Source: Octopus bimaculoides
Taxonomy: Eukaryota
Assembly: GCF_001194135.2 (NCBI RefSeq)
Contig: NC_068982.1
Coordinates: 139,073,939-139,137,938 of the forward strand
Reading direction: 5' to 3'
DNA: 64,000 nt
In this document: piece after piece, positions 1-12,070 of the stretch
Layout: every line of letters begins with the position of its first letter
How positions within the stretch are numbered: the stretch's first letter is position 1
Notes under the pieces: generated by a model
Databases searched by the model: none
The model's input: the letters and a program-made list of their open reading frames with translations, nothing else
What the model was told of the DNA's origin: nothing
Program-made: the position numbers and the translations under genes

Positions 1-223
1 AAATACAAACTAATCGCTGACCAATATTTTGAGACTACCATCCACTAACAAGCGAGCGTACACACATACGCACGCACGCCACACACACACACACATGTGT
101 ATATACATCAGTTTATTATATGTGTGTGTGCGTATGCTTGTATACATATATAAATATGTGTACGTGTCTGAAATATGTGTGTGTATATATACACACACAT
201 ATTTGTATGCGTGTGTATATATA

Positions 224-975
224 CAGGGTAGGTGAAAAGTAACTAGGCATTAGAAATTGCTTATCGAATTTTTAGTATCGCTGAAGTTGTGACGAAAGTT
301 ATGACGAAAGTTATGATTGAAGTTATGACGAAAACATTTTTTAAACAGACAACATTAATTAGGGTTTCTTATTTTCTTATTGTCTTATTTCTTATTTCCT
401 ATTTTCCAGATGGTCGCTCGCTTGACTGTCCAGGAGCGAGCTAAGATAGCAGCACTCTATGAAGCGTAGGATTCCAAAGTTTTGGTTCAGAGATAGTGGC
501 GTGCATGAAAAGGTAATCATGCAACACTACGTCCGGAGGCAATGAAATGTTGTTATGTAAAGCTGATGACTACGGGCCTTGTGGACGATGCAAGAAGAAA
601 TGGACGTCCAACCACGTCCCACTCAGCGGAGAACTTGGCAACAGTGCAGGAAATGTTTAATAGGAGCTTGCAAAAATCAACACGTCAAGTAGCTCGTGAA
701 AGTGGACTAACAAGACACAACATGTACGGTGTTGCGTAAAGAATTGAATTTTCGCACGTGGAAACTCCATTACTTGCAGGAGCTAAGACTGAAGACCATA
801 ACCGTAGAATTCCAGAAGTCCAGAACTCTAAGAAGTCCAAATCTCACTCCATGTGATTTTTACCTGTGGGATTACACAAAATAGGTGGGATTACACAAAA
901 GTCACAACTTCGTACCCTAGAGGCCTTGGAGGCACGGATCCAGGAGGTTCTCAATGATATCCTAGACGATGTCTT
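224..975 (+). mobile_element. Tc1/mariner-superfamily (maT/rosa-like) DNA transposon, degenerate and internally deleted
   Basis: TA followed by CAGGGT terminus at 222-229. ATG at 410 opens a decayed transposase: MVARLTVQERAKIAALYEA*...DDARRNGRPTTS...KSTRQVARESGL (HTH region). A frameshift leads to LRKELNFRTWKLHYLQEL, and a SP(N/D)LTPCDFYLWG-type motif lies near 836-870. Stops and frameshifts present. Confidence 0.85.
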
Positions 976-1546
976 TCATCATTTTTACATGTTGCCGTTG
1001 TGTTCGTTGTCGTTGTTAGTCGCGTTGTGACACATCACTTTGACAGATCACAGAGACCACACACGTAGAAACAGACAAACCGAACCTGAACAGAAAACAC
1101 AAACAGAACAATAATACCCACTGCTACACTACATAACATGACGATTAAAAACAGAAAGGAGAAAAAAAACAAAAAAACACATACTACAAACATTATAATA
1201 CACATACAATAGACACATATGCACATAGCTATGTTGAATATAAGAAATAGAGATAAGAATAAAACCCTGTTTAAAGGGCACAGATATAAACAACATAGGA
1301 AGCGAACCCTTATCCACACACACAAACACACATACAGTAACTTAACAAACGGCCACAGCAACTTCAACGCGACCAACAACGACATCAGCAATAACAAGAA
1401 CAACAACAATAACTACCACGAGGGCAGCAGCGTGGTCGAACACTCAAACATAGAGAGGTACAAGATTGGCACCAAATGTCGGGGTCAAGGGCAGCAGCAG
1501 CGGCAACGAAGGAGGGGAAAGGCCATAGTGCTGCTAAGAACGACGA

Positions 1547-1564
1547 CGCACACACACACACACA

Positions 1565-1622
<58 letters not shown>

Positions 1623-1680
1623 CACACACATATATGTGTACACATACACACATATATGTACACATACACACATTAGCATT
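1547..1680. repeat. (CA)n/(TA)n microsatellite
   Basis: Direct read; it produces the HTHT/CVCV pseudo-ORFs. Confidence 0.95.
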
Positions 1681-1795
1681 AATAGCTATGTGTTTCAAAT
1701 AAGAATTACTGTAGTTGTCTAAACGATGCATTAGCAATAGGAAAATTTGACTCATCAACAGTTGAATTGTTGCTACAATATTTTACATCGTGTAA

Positions 1796-3345
1796 GACGG
1801 CGAGCTACCAGAATCATTAGTACACCGAGAGAAATATGTAGGGTTATTTCGTCTGCCGCTACGTTCTGAGTTCAAATTCTGCTGAGGTCGACTTTGCCTT
1901 TTATCCTTTCGGGGTCGATAAATTAAGTACCAGTTACGCACTGGGGTCGATATAATCGACTTAATCCGTTTGTCTGTCCTTCTTTGTCCCCTCTGTGTGA
2001 AGCCCCTTGTGGGCAATAAAGAAATAAGAAACGTTAGCACGCCGGTTGAAATGCTTAGCGGTATTTCGTCTGCCGTTAAATTCTGAGTTCAAATTCTGCC
2101 GAGGTCGACTTTGTCTTTCATTCTTTCAGGGTCGATAAATTAAGTATCAGTTGCATAGTAGTGTCAATCTAATCCACTGGATCCTCCCCCAAAATTTCAG
2201 GGTTTGTGCTCAGAGTAGAAAAGAATCATTAGCGCGCCGGACTTTGTATGTAAAGGCGGACGAAATATCGCTAAGCATTTTGTCCGTCTTTACATATGAA
2301 GTTCAAATTCCACCGAGGTCGACTTTGTCTTTTATCCTTTCGAGGTCAATAAAATAAGTGCCAGTCGAGCACTGGGTTGGATTCAAGAATATTCAAGCCA
2401 GTTACTTAATAGTGACAGAGCGTGGATTTAACAGAGTTATTCGAATTCTGTTCATCATTTCGTGGTCGATAAAATTAGTACCAGTGAATATCGGGGTCGA
2501 TGTAATCGACTTACACCCTCCCCTAGAATTGCTGGCTTTGTGTAAAAATTTGAAACCAATATTAAATGTCTGCAAGGCGGTGAGGCGGCAGAATCGTTTG
2601 TACGCCGGGGAAAATGCTTAGAGATATTGTTCCGTCTTCACGTTCTGAGTTCAAATTCGACCGAGGTCGACTTTGTCTTTTATCCTTTCGAGATCGATAA
2701 AATAAGTACCAGTTGAGCACCGAGGTTGATGTAATCGACTTAATTCCTCCCCCAAATTGCAGGCCTTATGCCAAAAGTTGAAACCGATATTAAATAATTG
2801 CTTGGGAGAAAACATGGTAGCCTCGTGAGTGATAATGTATGCAGATGAGATCCTTATCATCTTAGCCAGGGTTGCATACTGTCCAGAGCATTACAAAGAT
2901 TTTTCAAAGGAGAGCAAAATGGCAGAAACGTTTGCACACCGGACACAAAAGATAGCGGCATTTTGTCCGCCTTCATCTTCGGAGTTCACATTCTGCCGAG
3001 GTAAGATTTGCCTTACATTCTCTCGGAGGCAATAACATAACTACCGGTTAAATACTGTGGTTGATGTTATTGACTTACTCCGACACTAAAATTGCTGTAA
3101 TTGTGCCAAAATCTCACAGAAAAAAAAAACAATATAAATAAATACTGAAGGCGTGGCTGAATTGTTAGCACGGCAGACAAAAATGCTCACTGGAATTTTG
3201 TCGTTCTGTGTTCGAATGCTGCCGAGGTTTCACTTTTCCCTTGGTCCTTGCGGGGTCGGTGAAATAAATACGAATTGAGCACTAAAGTCGATGTAATCGA
3301 CTTCCCCAGCCCTCAAAATTTGCTGGGCTGCGTCAAAATAAGAAG
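1796..3345 (+). mobile_element. Head-to-tail array of about 7 tRNA-derived SINE units (family A)
   Basis: Recurrent head (ggcgagct..gaa(t/a)cgttagcacgcc..gaaatgcttagcggtatttcg), B-box-like gagttcaaattc, and body ccgaggtcgactttgcctttcatcctttcggggtcgataaa. Units start near 1796, 2031, 2225, 2395, 2573, 2918 and 3145. Confidence 0.9.
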
Positions 3346-4318
3346 GAACAGTTAAATAACTGCTCCAACGACAGCGGTTTCGAGGGCGAGGTTATATTTC
3401 ATGGCTCCGAATCTAGTATTTGATTGATATATTTGTGGGTGATGGAGAGAAGGAAAACTCAAGGTGAGAGCTAAGCTGGAAAGTGTGAAACCGTTGCAAT
3501 TTGAACTGTGAATGTAAATAGTTGAAATAGATACCGCAATGCATTTTTCCTTGACTCTCTTGAGATCCTGCCATCGACTACCTTCTCAGTATGAAATTAC
3601 GTTTTCGAATTCTGCTGGAAGGCCAACCGTGTTCGAGGGAAAGAGCTTAATCGTTATCATAGACGCCTTGATTTCAATCGTACTTTATTTTAACGATACC
3701 AAAATAATGGAAGTCAAAGTTAAACTCGGCACTATTTGAACTAAGAACGTAACGACTGGGAGTCATTTTTTTATGCATTTCTTCCGATGCTCTAACCATT
3801 CCCCCATCCAAAATCTTGACGATGTGAATTAATGAAAACAAATTTCCGTCGATTTCGTTACTTCAAATTCTGAAAGCAATTTCCACAGAGGAAAATATTA
3901 AATAAAGGCAAAAAATACTAACCAAAAAATACTAATCCAGCAAGCCACCAAATCCATCAAGGTAGAATTTCTTTTGTAGATTACCATACAAAAATCAGAA
4001 AACTGCAGATTAGAAATGAAACCGCAGAGACGAAAGAAAAACTAATGTGTTTGATGTTAAGAATAGTTCAAGTTAATATGAAGAAAATCGCAATATTATT
4101 TGCAGAGAAGAGAAAAGGGTAAAAAAGTACAATAATAATTTTCTTCTGCCTTAAGAACACTATGTCACTGACTTGTATGTTATTAAAAGCAATATTTGTT
4201 TTAGAAGTAACTAAATTCGCTTGAAGGAGGGAAAAAAAAATCTAGATTTATATCTAGATTTTCAAATATATTGTAGAATATCTCTCCAACTCCCAACGCA
4301 AAAAAAAAAAAATTCTGC

Positions 4319-4321
<3 letters not shown>

Positions 4322-4376
<55 letters not shown>
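4322..4376. repeat. (TA)n microsatellite
   Basis: Direct read. Confidence 0.95.
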
Positions 4377-4379
<3 letters not shown>

Positions 4380-4589
4380 AAATATATGTGCAACACACAC
4401 ACACATACATACAAATATACGTGTGTGTTTCTGTGTAAAGATAGTATAATGAAATAATAAGAAATCCAGACGATTTATATTGATATAGTTTGTAATACAA
4501 GGCTATAAACGCGTATAAATGTATCGGATATTGTGAGTACACGCGTACATAAAATACCAACACCTATCAATATAACACCCACTCCCACC

Positions 4590-4626
<37 letters not shown>

Positions 4627-4710
4627 ATCTATGTATCTACGATTTGGACATTTTTAGTGATGTGGGGCTCAGACTTCCTCTAATTAAATATTTTCAACTC
4701 TAGCTAAATA

Positions 4711-4945
4711 TACATTATTTACGTTGTTTGCATTTGACGGGATATTTGTCCTCATCTTGTTTGTTGTTAACACAACTTTTCGGCTGATATACCTTCCTGC
4801 CTTCATCAGGTGTCTTGTGGAAATTTCGTACCTGGGTTGTCATTGCTAAACGTTGTGTTGACAACAAACAAGGTGAGGACAAATATCCGTCAAATGTAAA
4901 TAATGTACCAAATTCCTCATCTCTTAAATATAGAACTGTATCTAG
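4711..4945 (-). mobile_element. Penelope-like pseudo-LTR fragment with inverted partial duplication
   Basis: Arms of 60-70 bp at 4711-4780 and 4848-4907 are reverse complements. The minus strand carries cctgatgaaggc...cagccgaaa, the hammerhead-type signature typical of Penelope pLTRs. Confidence 0.7.
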
Positions 4946-7264
4946 CTAAATATGTTGGCTGTCATTTGCATTCGTTTCTTTTGTCACTCGTAAATACACA
5001 CACACACACACCCATACATATATATATGAAATAGAGTAGGCAGATATACGCAATATAAAACCAGAAAAGAAAATTTCAGTCGTCATTAATTTTGACTGAG
5101 GATGCTGTGTAGCCCATATATTGTTAGAAATAAATGTCAAACCCTTAGAACTGCAAGGAAGCACATTTTCATACACTGACATGGGAGATAAGTGCCCGAT
5201 AAGCGACAGTAGATTCACCGGACAAGAATATTTTCGTCCGTAAAATTGCAGTCCCGTCAGCAGTGACTTCTCCATCGTCGAATGGCTTAGCTAAACCCGG
5301 ACTGTCAATATATCTATTTACCACATGAATTTATGGTTGTTAGAGAAATGCCAATGTGAAATCACAAAATAACGTAGGCAAATATAGGCACTATAAAACC
5401 CAAACCAGAAAAATTCAATATTGTGAGGTTAGAGTTGTCAACCACCTTGGCTAACGGGATGTACAACTCTTAGTTGCAATGTTCGGGTTCCATAGTTTCA
5501 TTAGACAAAATGGAATAAAATATAGTATTTAAACGCAGCCTGGTTATGACAGCTACATTCAGTAATGATTCTGAGAAATTGCTTTCATGTTTTAATATTT
5601 TGCTGAAGTTATGTTCAATATTTCTAGTTGTTTTTCTTTGCTGGATTTAAAAAAAAAACTTTTCTCTTGTAGCCTCTTCATATTCTGGCAGAAATGAAAT
5701 TAACTTTTAGATTTGAAGCGTTAACTGTAGTTAAGGGAATGCTAGCAGGGGAGTATAACAGGTGCTACTGGCAGGAATGCGCACAAGCTAATCCAGAGAC
5801 TAAGTGCTCAGGAATAAAACCCTGTTCATGATAATGATGCGTTCAATTTTTGAAGGGACAACTTGTCATAAGCATAAGAGTTTTACGTTAGCGATAATGA
5901 GAGAAAAATTACTTAAGCTTTCCAAAGATGGGGGAATAAACCATGAAAGGAATGAAATAAAAAAGGAAGCGGGCATTGCTAGAAGGTGAAATTGTATTTG
6001 TAATAATGACCTAATTACTGTGCGGGGGGTAAAAGAGAAATAGAGGAATTAAAACTGTGAAACTATCGGAGATACTGAGTAAATGTATGTAGTTTTATTC
6101 ACAATTGCCACCAAGGCTATTTCCCAGTATTTTAGTCATTTCAAATAGTTAAATGCAAACCTATAGACATATGTAAAATCACACAGACATACAGACTCAT
6201 ACATGAAACACATATAAGTGGTTTAATGAAAAGAAGAATAACAAAAAGAAAAAAGAGGAGCGGAACAGAACTCGAAACATGAATTTCTCTATATTTAAGG
6301 ACGAAAAATCAATCGGCAGCAGTTAAAGTGCTCTTCAAAGGTCAATTGCAACGTACGAAACTCTCAGCCCTTGAGTCCCTGCACTTCGGCAGCTCAAAAA
6401 TAAAAAAAAATAAAAACAAAAATAACGAAGGTAAAACCCCAAATCACGATATATAAGTACATATATTCATACTTACACACTCACATACACAAACGCATAT
6501 ACATATACATATCTATATGTATATATACTGAGAGGGACAGAGAGAGATTGAGAGAGAGAGGGAGATTGAGAAAGAGAGAGAGAGATGAAGACAGACGGGC
6601 AGGTGTTTGAATAACAGAGAGTGGGAAAAGAGGTATTATATGGCTAGAGAGAGAGAGAAAGAAAAGAAGAAAAAACGAAAATTTAGTTAAAATTAGCTGT
6701 TTGCCAAAGTACAAGAAATAAACTTAAAGAAATAAGAGAATCGATGAACAAGAAGAAGAGAGACTATGTAAAGAGTGAGAAAAAGTCGAAGTTATATGAA
6801 ATGCATTGAGATCTATAATTTGTGATATTTATAGAAGAACGATAACAAGTGTAAGAATCCCAGAAGGATAGAGAATGGTAAAGAAGAGGAACACGGAATA
6901 GAGACCGGGAAAGACGAACTATGAAAAGAAAATAAATTGAAAGGAAAGAAGCATAATAATTAAATGCAAAATTAAGAAAGAGAATGGAGCAATAAATATA
7001 AATTGTTGTTGAGAAGATTCAAAACTTCTATGCTTTGGGGAAATGAAATAACCTGCATAGAATGAAACCCAGGGGACAAAATAAAGTTTGAGATGTTTAG
7101 TTCGTGTTGTTGGTCAGCTCTTTCTCAGCTGTAATCAAGTAGATTTATGATCAAAGTAGTTTCAAATGTGATAATCTTGTGTTATTCTGTGGTCTGCAAG
7201 GACTTTCAAGACCGCGTAAACAGCCATTCTCTCCAATGCATTATATTAAAAATAAAACTAGCAG

Positions 7265-7440
7265 GCATAGTTGTAGGAGCAGGCTTGGCTATGAACGGAA
7301 ACGTGGGTTCAGTTCCACTACGCGCCGCTTTGGACAAGTGTCTTCTTCTATAGCAACGGAACATCTAATGCCTCGTGAGTTATTCTGGTAAACGAAAGTC
7401 CGTCATGTGTGTGTGTGTGATTGTGTGTGTGTGCGTGTGT
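7265..7440 (+). mobile_element. CORE-type SINE (family B), degenerate 5' part
   Basis: ggttcagttccactacgcgccgctttggacaagtgtcttcttctatagc resembles the family B head; it is followed by (TG)n. Confidence 0.6.
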
Positions 7441-7675
7441 GTATGTGCGTGTGCATGTGAGTTTGTTGGTGCTTGTCTTTCGACCACATTTCATCTCGCC
7501 CGACAACATTTTTTAGTTTGTTTCTTCGTAAATTCGAGTCGGCAAAATCGCACGGGATGGCAAACGTATGGTAAAAGGTGTTTGCATATACGTGTGCACA
7601 TGAATAAATTAAGACAAATAACAACAGAAGTGCATTTCTTATGGCCCGATATTGTATAAGCTTACTCGTCACTAA

Positions 7676-7908
7676 GGCGACGAGGTGGAAGAAACGTTAG
7701 CACGCTGGACGAAATGCTTAGCAGTATTTCGTCTGTCTTTACGTTCTGAGTTCAAATTCGGCCGCGGTCGACTTTGCCTTTCATTGTTTCGGGGTCGATA
7801 AATTAAGTACCAGTTACGCACTGAGGTTGGTGTAATCGACTTATTCCCTTTGTCTGTCCTTGTTTGTGCCCTCTATGTTTAGCCCTTTGTGGGCAATAAA
7901 GAAATAAG
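7676..7908 (+). mobile_element. tRNA-derived SINE family A, full length
   Basis: Head ggcgacgaggtggaagaaacgttagcacg, B-box-like gagttcaaattc, tail gtgggcaataaagaaataag. Confidence 0.92.
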
Positions 7909-8115
7909 CTTACTCTCACTGATTATCAGTTTCTCTGGACTTTTTACTCCTGCTTTTGTTTATACACTTGCGCACACAAAACTAACACCAACTTTCATTC
8001 TCTCGTCACTCTATGCGGATATTCAATATCTTTATTCCCCAATCCTATGTACATGCACTAAAACCGTCACGTATATAAAAATACAGATAAGGAAATAATT
8101 TTATTCTCAAACGCA

Positions 8116-8232
8116 GACGCAGGAGTGGCTGTGTGGTAAGTAGCTTGCTTGCCAACCACATGGTTCCTGGTTCAGTCCCACTGCGTGGCACCTTGGGCAA
8201 GTACCTTCTACTAAGTACCTCGGGCCGACCAA
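8116..8232 (+). mobile_element. CORE-type SINE family B, 5' half only
   Basis: gcaggagtggctgtgtggtaagtagc...ggttcagtcccactgcgtggcaccttgggcaagt. The gcaccttgggcaagt motif resembles the CORE domain start. Truncated at ggccgaccaa. Confidence 0.85.
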
Positions 8233-8239
8233 GTAAGAG

Positions 8240-8560
8240 AAAATTGAAAAATGCCTGTCCCCCATATGGAAAGACGTAGCCTATATTCAAGGGAACGAGC
8301 ACACGGTACAGTTGAGGCCCGTTTTTCAAGTGAAGAGGTGGCTCGCGGGCAATCTGTGTCTCCTGAAGACAAAGGAGGTGGTACGTCTACCAACATGCAT
8401 GGGAAGGCGGACTTCCCGTGTGAAGGTGACAGAAGTGCCACCAGAGGTTGACCCGAAGGTGGTGATGGCCGCCCTGTTGTTTAACAGGACGGACCGTATA
8501 AAATGTTTGCAAATTACATGCTCTGCTCCCCCCCACCAGCTACTCGGTTGGACGGACAAT
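8240..8560 (+). mobile_element. GC-richer decayed coding fragment, possibly ORF1 of an L1/Tx1-like non-LTR element
   Basis: A frameshift-joined peptide reads IWKDVAYIQG..HGTVEARFSSEEVARGQS..LKTKEVVRLPTCMGRRTSRVKVTEVPPEVDPKVVMAAL. It begins exactly where the SINE is truncated. The family assignment is inference. Confidence 0.4.
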
Positions 8561-8984
8561 GCCGGCAGCTGTCAAATTGCTGAAACAAATACCAGAATAA
8601 AAGAATATAAGTGCACCACACTAACACACATGTTAAGACCACTTAGCCACATACTCTTTACATGGTTTTTGTTTTTTACACTAGGCTTTCACTGTAGAAC
8701 GGCATTAATCCTTGTTTATAATCCGTCCACAACTTCTTTATTTCATAAACTCACAATGTCCCTAATTCTCTATTTTTCTGCGTCTCATTTGTTTTCTTCC
8801 TCTGGTGTACTATCTTTCAAAAAGATTAAGAAGCTCTCTTCCTACACTCTGATGCGATAAACAATACAATCTTATTCAAGCACCGAATTTCGGATGCTGT
8901 TCAAAAGAATGCAATATATTCTTCACACTACGTTTCAAACATCTGCAAGCAGCTTCACCGTATCTAATGCTGGAACTGTACTTT

Positions 8985-9190
8985 GGTGTGTAACCCAGGT
9001 TAGATTTGACCATTTTTACTGACATATGTATGTGTATCTCCGTGTTTTTCTCCTTGTCTCCGTATTCTTTCTGTTGAAGAGCGTAGCTCGAAACGTCAAA
9101 GACTTTCCGTATTCCCGAGCGTCATACTAATATATACTTTTGTTATTTACACCACCTGTCCTCGTCTGTTGTTATTTTTTGCATATTCTC
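8985..9190 (+). mobile_element. Penelope-like pLTR fragment
   Basis: Contains ctgttgaagagcgtagctcgaaacgtc, a Penelope-type TGANGA...CGAAACGTC signature, followed by an AT-rich tail. Confidence 0.6.
9066..9102 (+). ncRNA. Minimal type I hammerhead ribozyme motif, variant core
   Basis: Stem I tcttt/aaaga; core CTGTTGA plus an extra A; stem II GAGC-gta-GCTC; GAAA; palindromic ACGT helix III; GUC cleavage triplet. Confidence 0.55.
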
Positions 9191-9469
9191 CCATATATAT
9201 ATATATATATATATACAGACATGCAGGAAGTAAATAAACATCCTNNNNNNNNNNNNNNNNNNNNNNNNNNNNNNNNNNNNNNNNNNNNNNNNNNNNNNNN
9301 NNNNNNNNNNNNNNNNNNNNNNNNNNNNNNNNNNNNNNNNNNNNNNNNNNNNNNNNNNNNNNNNNNNNNNNNNNNNNNNNNNNNNNNNNNNNNNNNNNNN
9401 NNNNNNNNNNNNNNNNNNNNNNNNNNNNNNNNNNNNNNNNNNNNNNNNNNNNNNNNNNNNNNNNNNNNN

Positions 9470-9512
<43 letters not shown>

Positions 9513-9634
9513 CAGCAGCAGCAGCAGCAGTAGTAGTAGTGGCAGCAGCAGCAGTAGTAGTAGTAGTAGTAGTAGTAGCAGCAGCAGAAGCAGCAGTAGT
9601 AGTAGTAGCAGCAGCAGCAGCAGTAGTAGTAGTG
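9470..9634. repeat. Compound (GTA)n/(GCA)n trinucleotide repeat adjacent to a gap
   Basis: Direct read. Confidence 0.95.
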
Positions 9635-9649
9635 ATTATAGACAGAACA

Positions 9650-10575
9650 GTTTACCATAGCAGCCCAGGATCAATGCCTACCAACAAGAAGCTACCAAGC
9701 CAACATCGTAGAAAAAAGGGCGTAGCTTAACATGTGTATGTAAACAACAGGAAGAAACCATCGATCACGTTGTCTTCATGTGCAGCTTTCTTGCAACTAC
9801 AGAGCAGCTCAACAGGCTTAAAAGACCAACATATTTATTAGGCAATTTGCAAAGACCTTGACCTGCCCTATATTAAAAACCAGTGGGAACACAAACCACA
9901 TCCAGTGCTTGAAAATGATCACATCTCACTGCTTTGGAACTTTACTGTTCAAACTGACAGAAAGACAGATGCAAATTGGCCAGGCATTATATTGAATGAT
10001 ATCAGAAAAAAATCATTTGTTCTCGTCGATACGACTACCCCAATCAATATAAATGTATCTGTCAAGACCTATCAAAACTAAGTAAATATAAAGACCTTGA
10101 AACAGAAATTGGCAAAATGTGGAACCTCAAAACTAAAACAATACCTGTTGCCATAGGTCCCCGAGGAATGATAGCAAATGGGGCTGATTGCTACCTATCT
10201 CAGATAGGAGAAAATCCAAAAAATGGAAGAAATTTAACAAATAATGCTCATGCGGACTGCTCATATCCTACGAAAAATAATGTCTATGTAATTCCAAAAA
10301 TATTTTAATCCATAAACATTAACATTAATATTAAGTATTTTTAAATGTACGCAATAGCAAACATCTTTTACTGTCATCTTAAAATCACACAATCATCTTA
10401 ATATCAAATTTCTTTCAAAACAAACTTTGACATGCATTCAATCGACCAATACTTTCTGCAAAATCAAAATTATGTTACCCTAGCCATAACACCAGCTTGA
10501 ACTTCTAACTTGTCTCATGGTGTCTCTGGGTGAGACTTCGTCAACTTGCACAAATACAAAGCAAAAGCCAATCAT
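9650..10575 (+). mobile_element. R4/Dong-like RLE LINE, 5'-truncated 3' end (unit 1)
   Basis: Decayed ORF: IAAQDQCLPTRSYQ...EETIDHVVFMC (zinc-knuckle region), WEHKPHPVLENDHISLLWNFTVQTDRKTDANWPGII...VD..P...KYKDLETEIGKMWNLKTKTIPVAIGPRG (restriction-like endonuclease). A 3' UTR and (TAA)n follow. Confidence 0.85.
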
Positions 10576-10578
10576 ATG

Positions 10579-10650
<72 letters not shown>

Positions 10651-10671
10651 GCAATTATAATAATAATAATA

Positions 10672-11000
10672 ACGCCCTGGGAATGACAGCGAAATGGGCT
10701 GGTTACTACCTAGCTCAGATACCAGGAAACCCCAAAATGGCTGAAGTTCAAAAGATAGTGCGCATGGGAACTGCCCATATCCTACGTAAAATATTGTTTA
10801 TGTGATCTCAAATTTAAAAAAAAACACATAATTTTTTATGGTTTCTTAAACATTCTCTAGAACAACACTATGTACAAATCCAAATATATGGCACCATAGG
10901 CATAACACCTACATGAACTTCTAACTTGTTGTCTTTTGAATTCTCTGGGTGAGACTTGGACCCATCTTGTACAAATACAAAGCAAAAGACAAACATAAAA
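10672..11000 (+). mobile_element. R4/Dong-like LINE 3' end (unit 2, same family as unit 1)
   Basis: ALGMTAKWAGYYLAQIPGNPKMAEVQKIVRMGTAHILRKILFM*, plus a UTR ending aacttgtcttttgaa..ctgggtgagactt..tacaaa. Flanked by (TAA)n on both sides. Confidence 0.85.
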
Positions 11001-11037
11001 TAATAATGATAATAATAATAATAATAACAATAATAAT

Positions 11038-11305
11038 AGGAAATTAAGCAGTTGTGGTCGATGTAAAAGGTAGCAGCAATACCAATAATTGTCGGAGCCC
11101 TGGGAAAAGTGAGTAAAAATCTCGAGAAGTACGTGGAACAAATAGGGGCTGCAATAAGGGTGGAGCACATGCAGAAAACAGCACTGCTTGGAACCGCTCG
11201 AATACTCCGGATGGTGCTTCAAAAATAAGAGGTGTTACTTTAGTTCACTAGTAGTGAACAGCTGACACTATAGTACATCTCCATCGTTAGAAGCTTTTCA
11301 AAAGC
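11038..11305 (+). mobile_element. RLE LINE 3' end, second family (unit 3)
   Basis: QLWSM*KVAAIPIIVGALGKVSKNLEKYVEQIGAAIRVEHMQKTALLGTARILRMVLQK*, with a distinct UTR, then (TAA)n. Confidence 0.8.
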
Positions 11306-11306
11306 T

Positions 11307-11335
<29 letters not shown>

Positions 11336-11337
<2 letters not shown>

Positions 11338-11665
11338 TCTGAAGACGAAAACAATACCTATTGTCATAGGTACCCTGGGAATGACAGGGAAAAGGGCTGA
11401 TTACTATCTAGCTCAGATATCAGGAAACCCCAAAAGGGCTGAAGTTCAAAAGATAGTGCTCATGGGAACTGCCCATATCTTACGTAAAATACTGTCTGTG
11501 TGATCTAAAATTTTAAAACATTCTCTCGAACAACACTGTACAAATTCAAATATATGGTACCCTAAGCATAACACCTACATGAACTTCTAACTTGTTGTCT
11601 CTTGAGGTCTCTGAGTGAGACTTGGATCCAACTTGTACAAATGCAAGGCAAAAGTCAAACATAAA
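11336..11665 (+). mobile_element. R4/Dong-like LINE 3' end (unit 4, same family as units 1 and 2)
   Basis: LKTKTIPIVIGTLGMTGKRADYYLAQISGNPKRAEVQKIVLMGTAHILRKILSV*, with the same UTR, then (TAA)n. Confidence 0.85.
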
Positions 11666-11682
11666 ATAATAATAATAATAAT

Positions 11683-12001
11683 AAAAGATTAAGAAATACC
11701 AGCCACTGAGGTGAGATAAGAAAGTTATGGGGTATGAAGAAAGTAATGGTGATACCGGTGGTAATTGGGGCATTAGAAGCAGTTTCCAAGGGCTTTGAAA
11801 AATATATTAAGAATATTGGAGCTGCTGTTAGGCTCGAGGTGATCCAGAAGACAGTATTGTTGGGTACAGCTCGCATTCGAAGGAGCGTATTGTCTCTTTG
11901 AGTCGCAGGAGAAGGTACTATTTGAAACCTTTGGTGAATTGTTGTTGCTTGCTTTCAAGTAAAGAATAACCGGTAATTAGGAAGTATCCGTGAGTCTTCC
12001 A

Positions 12002-12002
<1 letters not shown>
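11683..12002 (+). mobile_element. RLE LINE 3' end, third family (unit 5)
   Basis: KLWGMKKVMVIPVVIGALEAVSKGFEKYIKNIGAAVRLEVIQKTVLLGTARIRRSVLSL*, with a distinct UTR, then (TAA)n at 12003-12086. Confidence 0.8.

Positions 12003-12070
<68 letters not shown>

Noticed and set aside
1035-1758. Overlapping ORFs of 66-167 aa
   Set aside because: Built from (CAA) and (CA) low-complexity sequence; no splice or domain support.
9140-9730. 196-aa and 171-aa ORFs
   Set aside because: Consist of an N gap plus (GTA/GCA)n.
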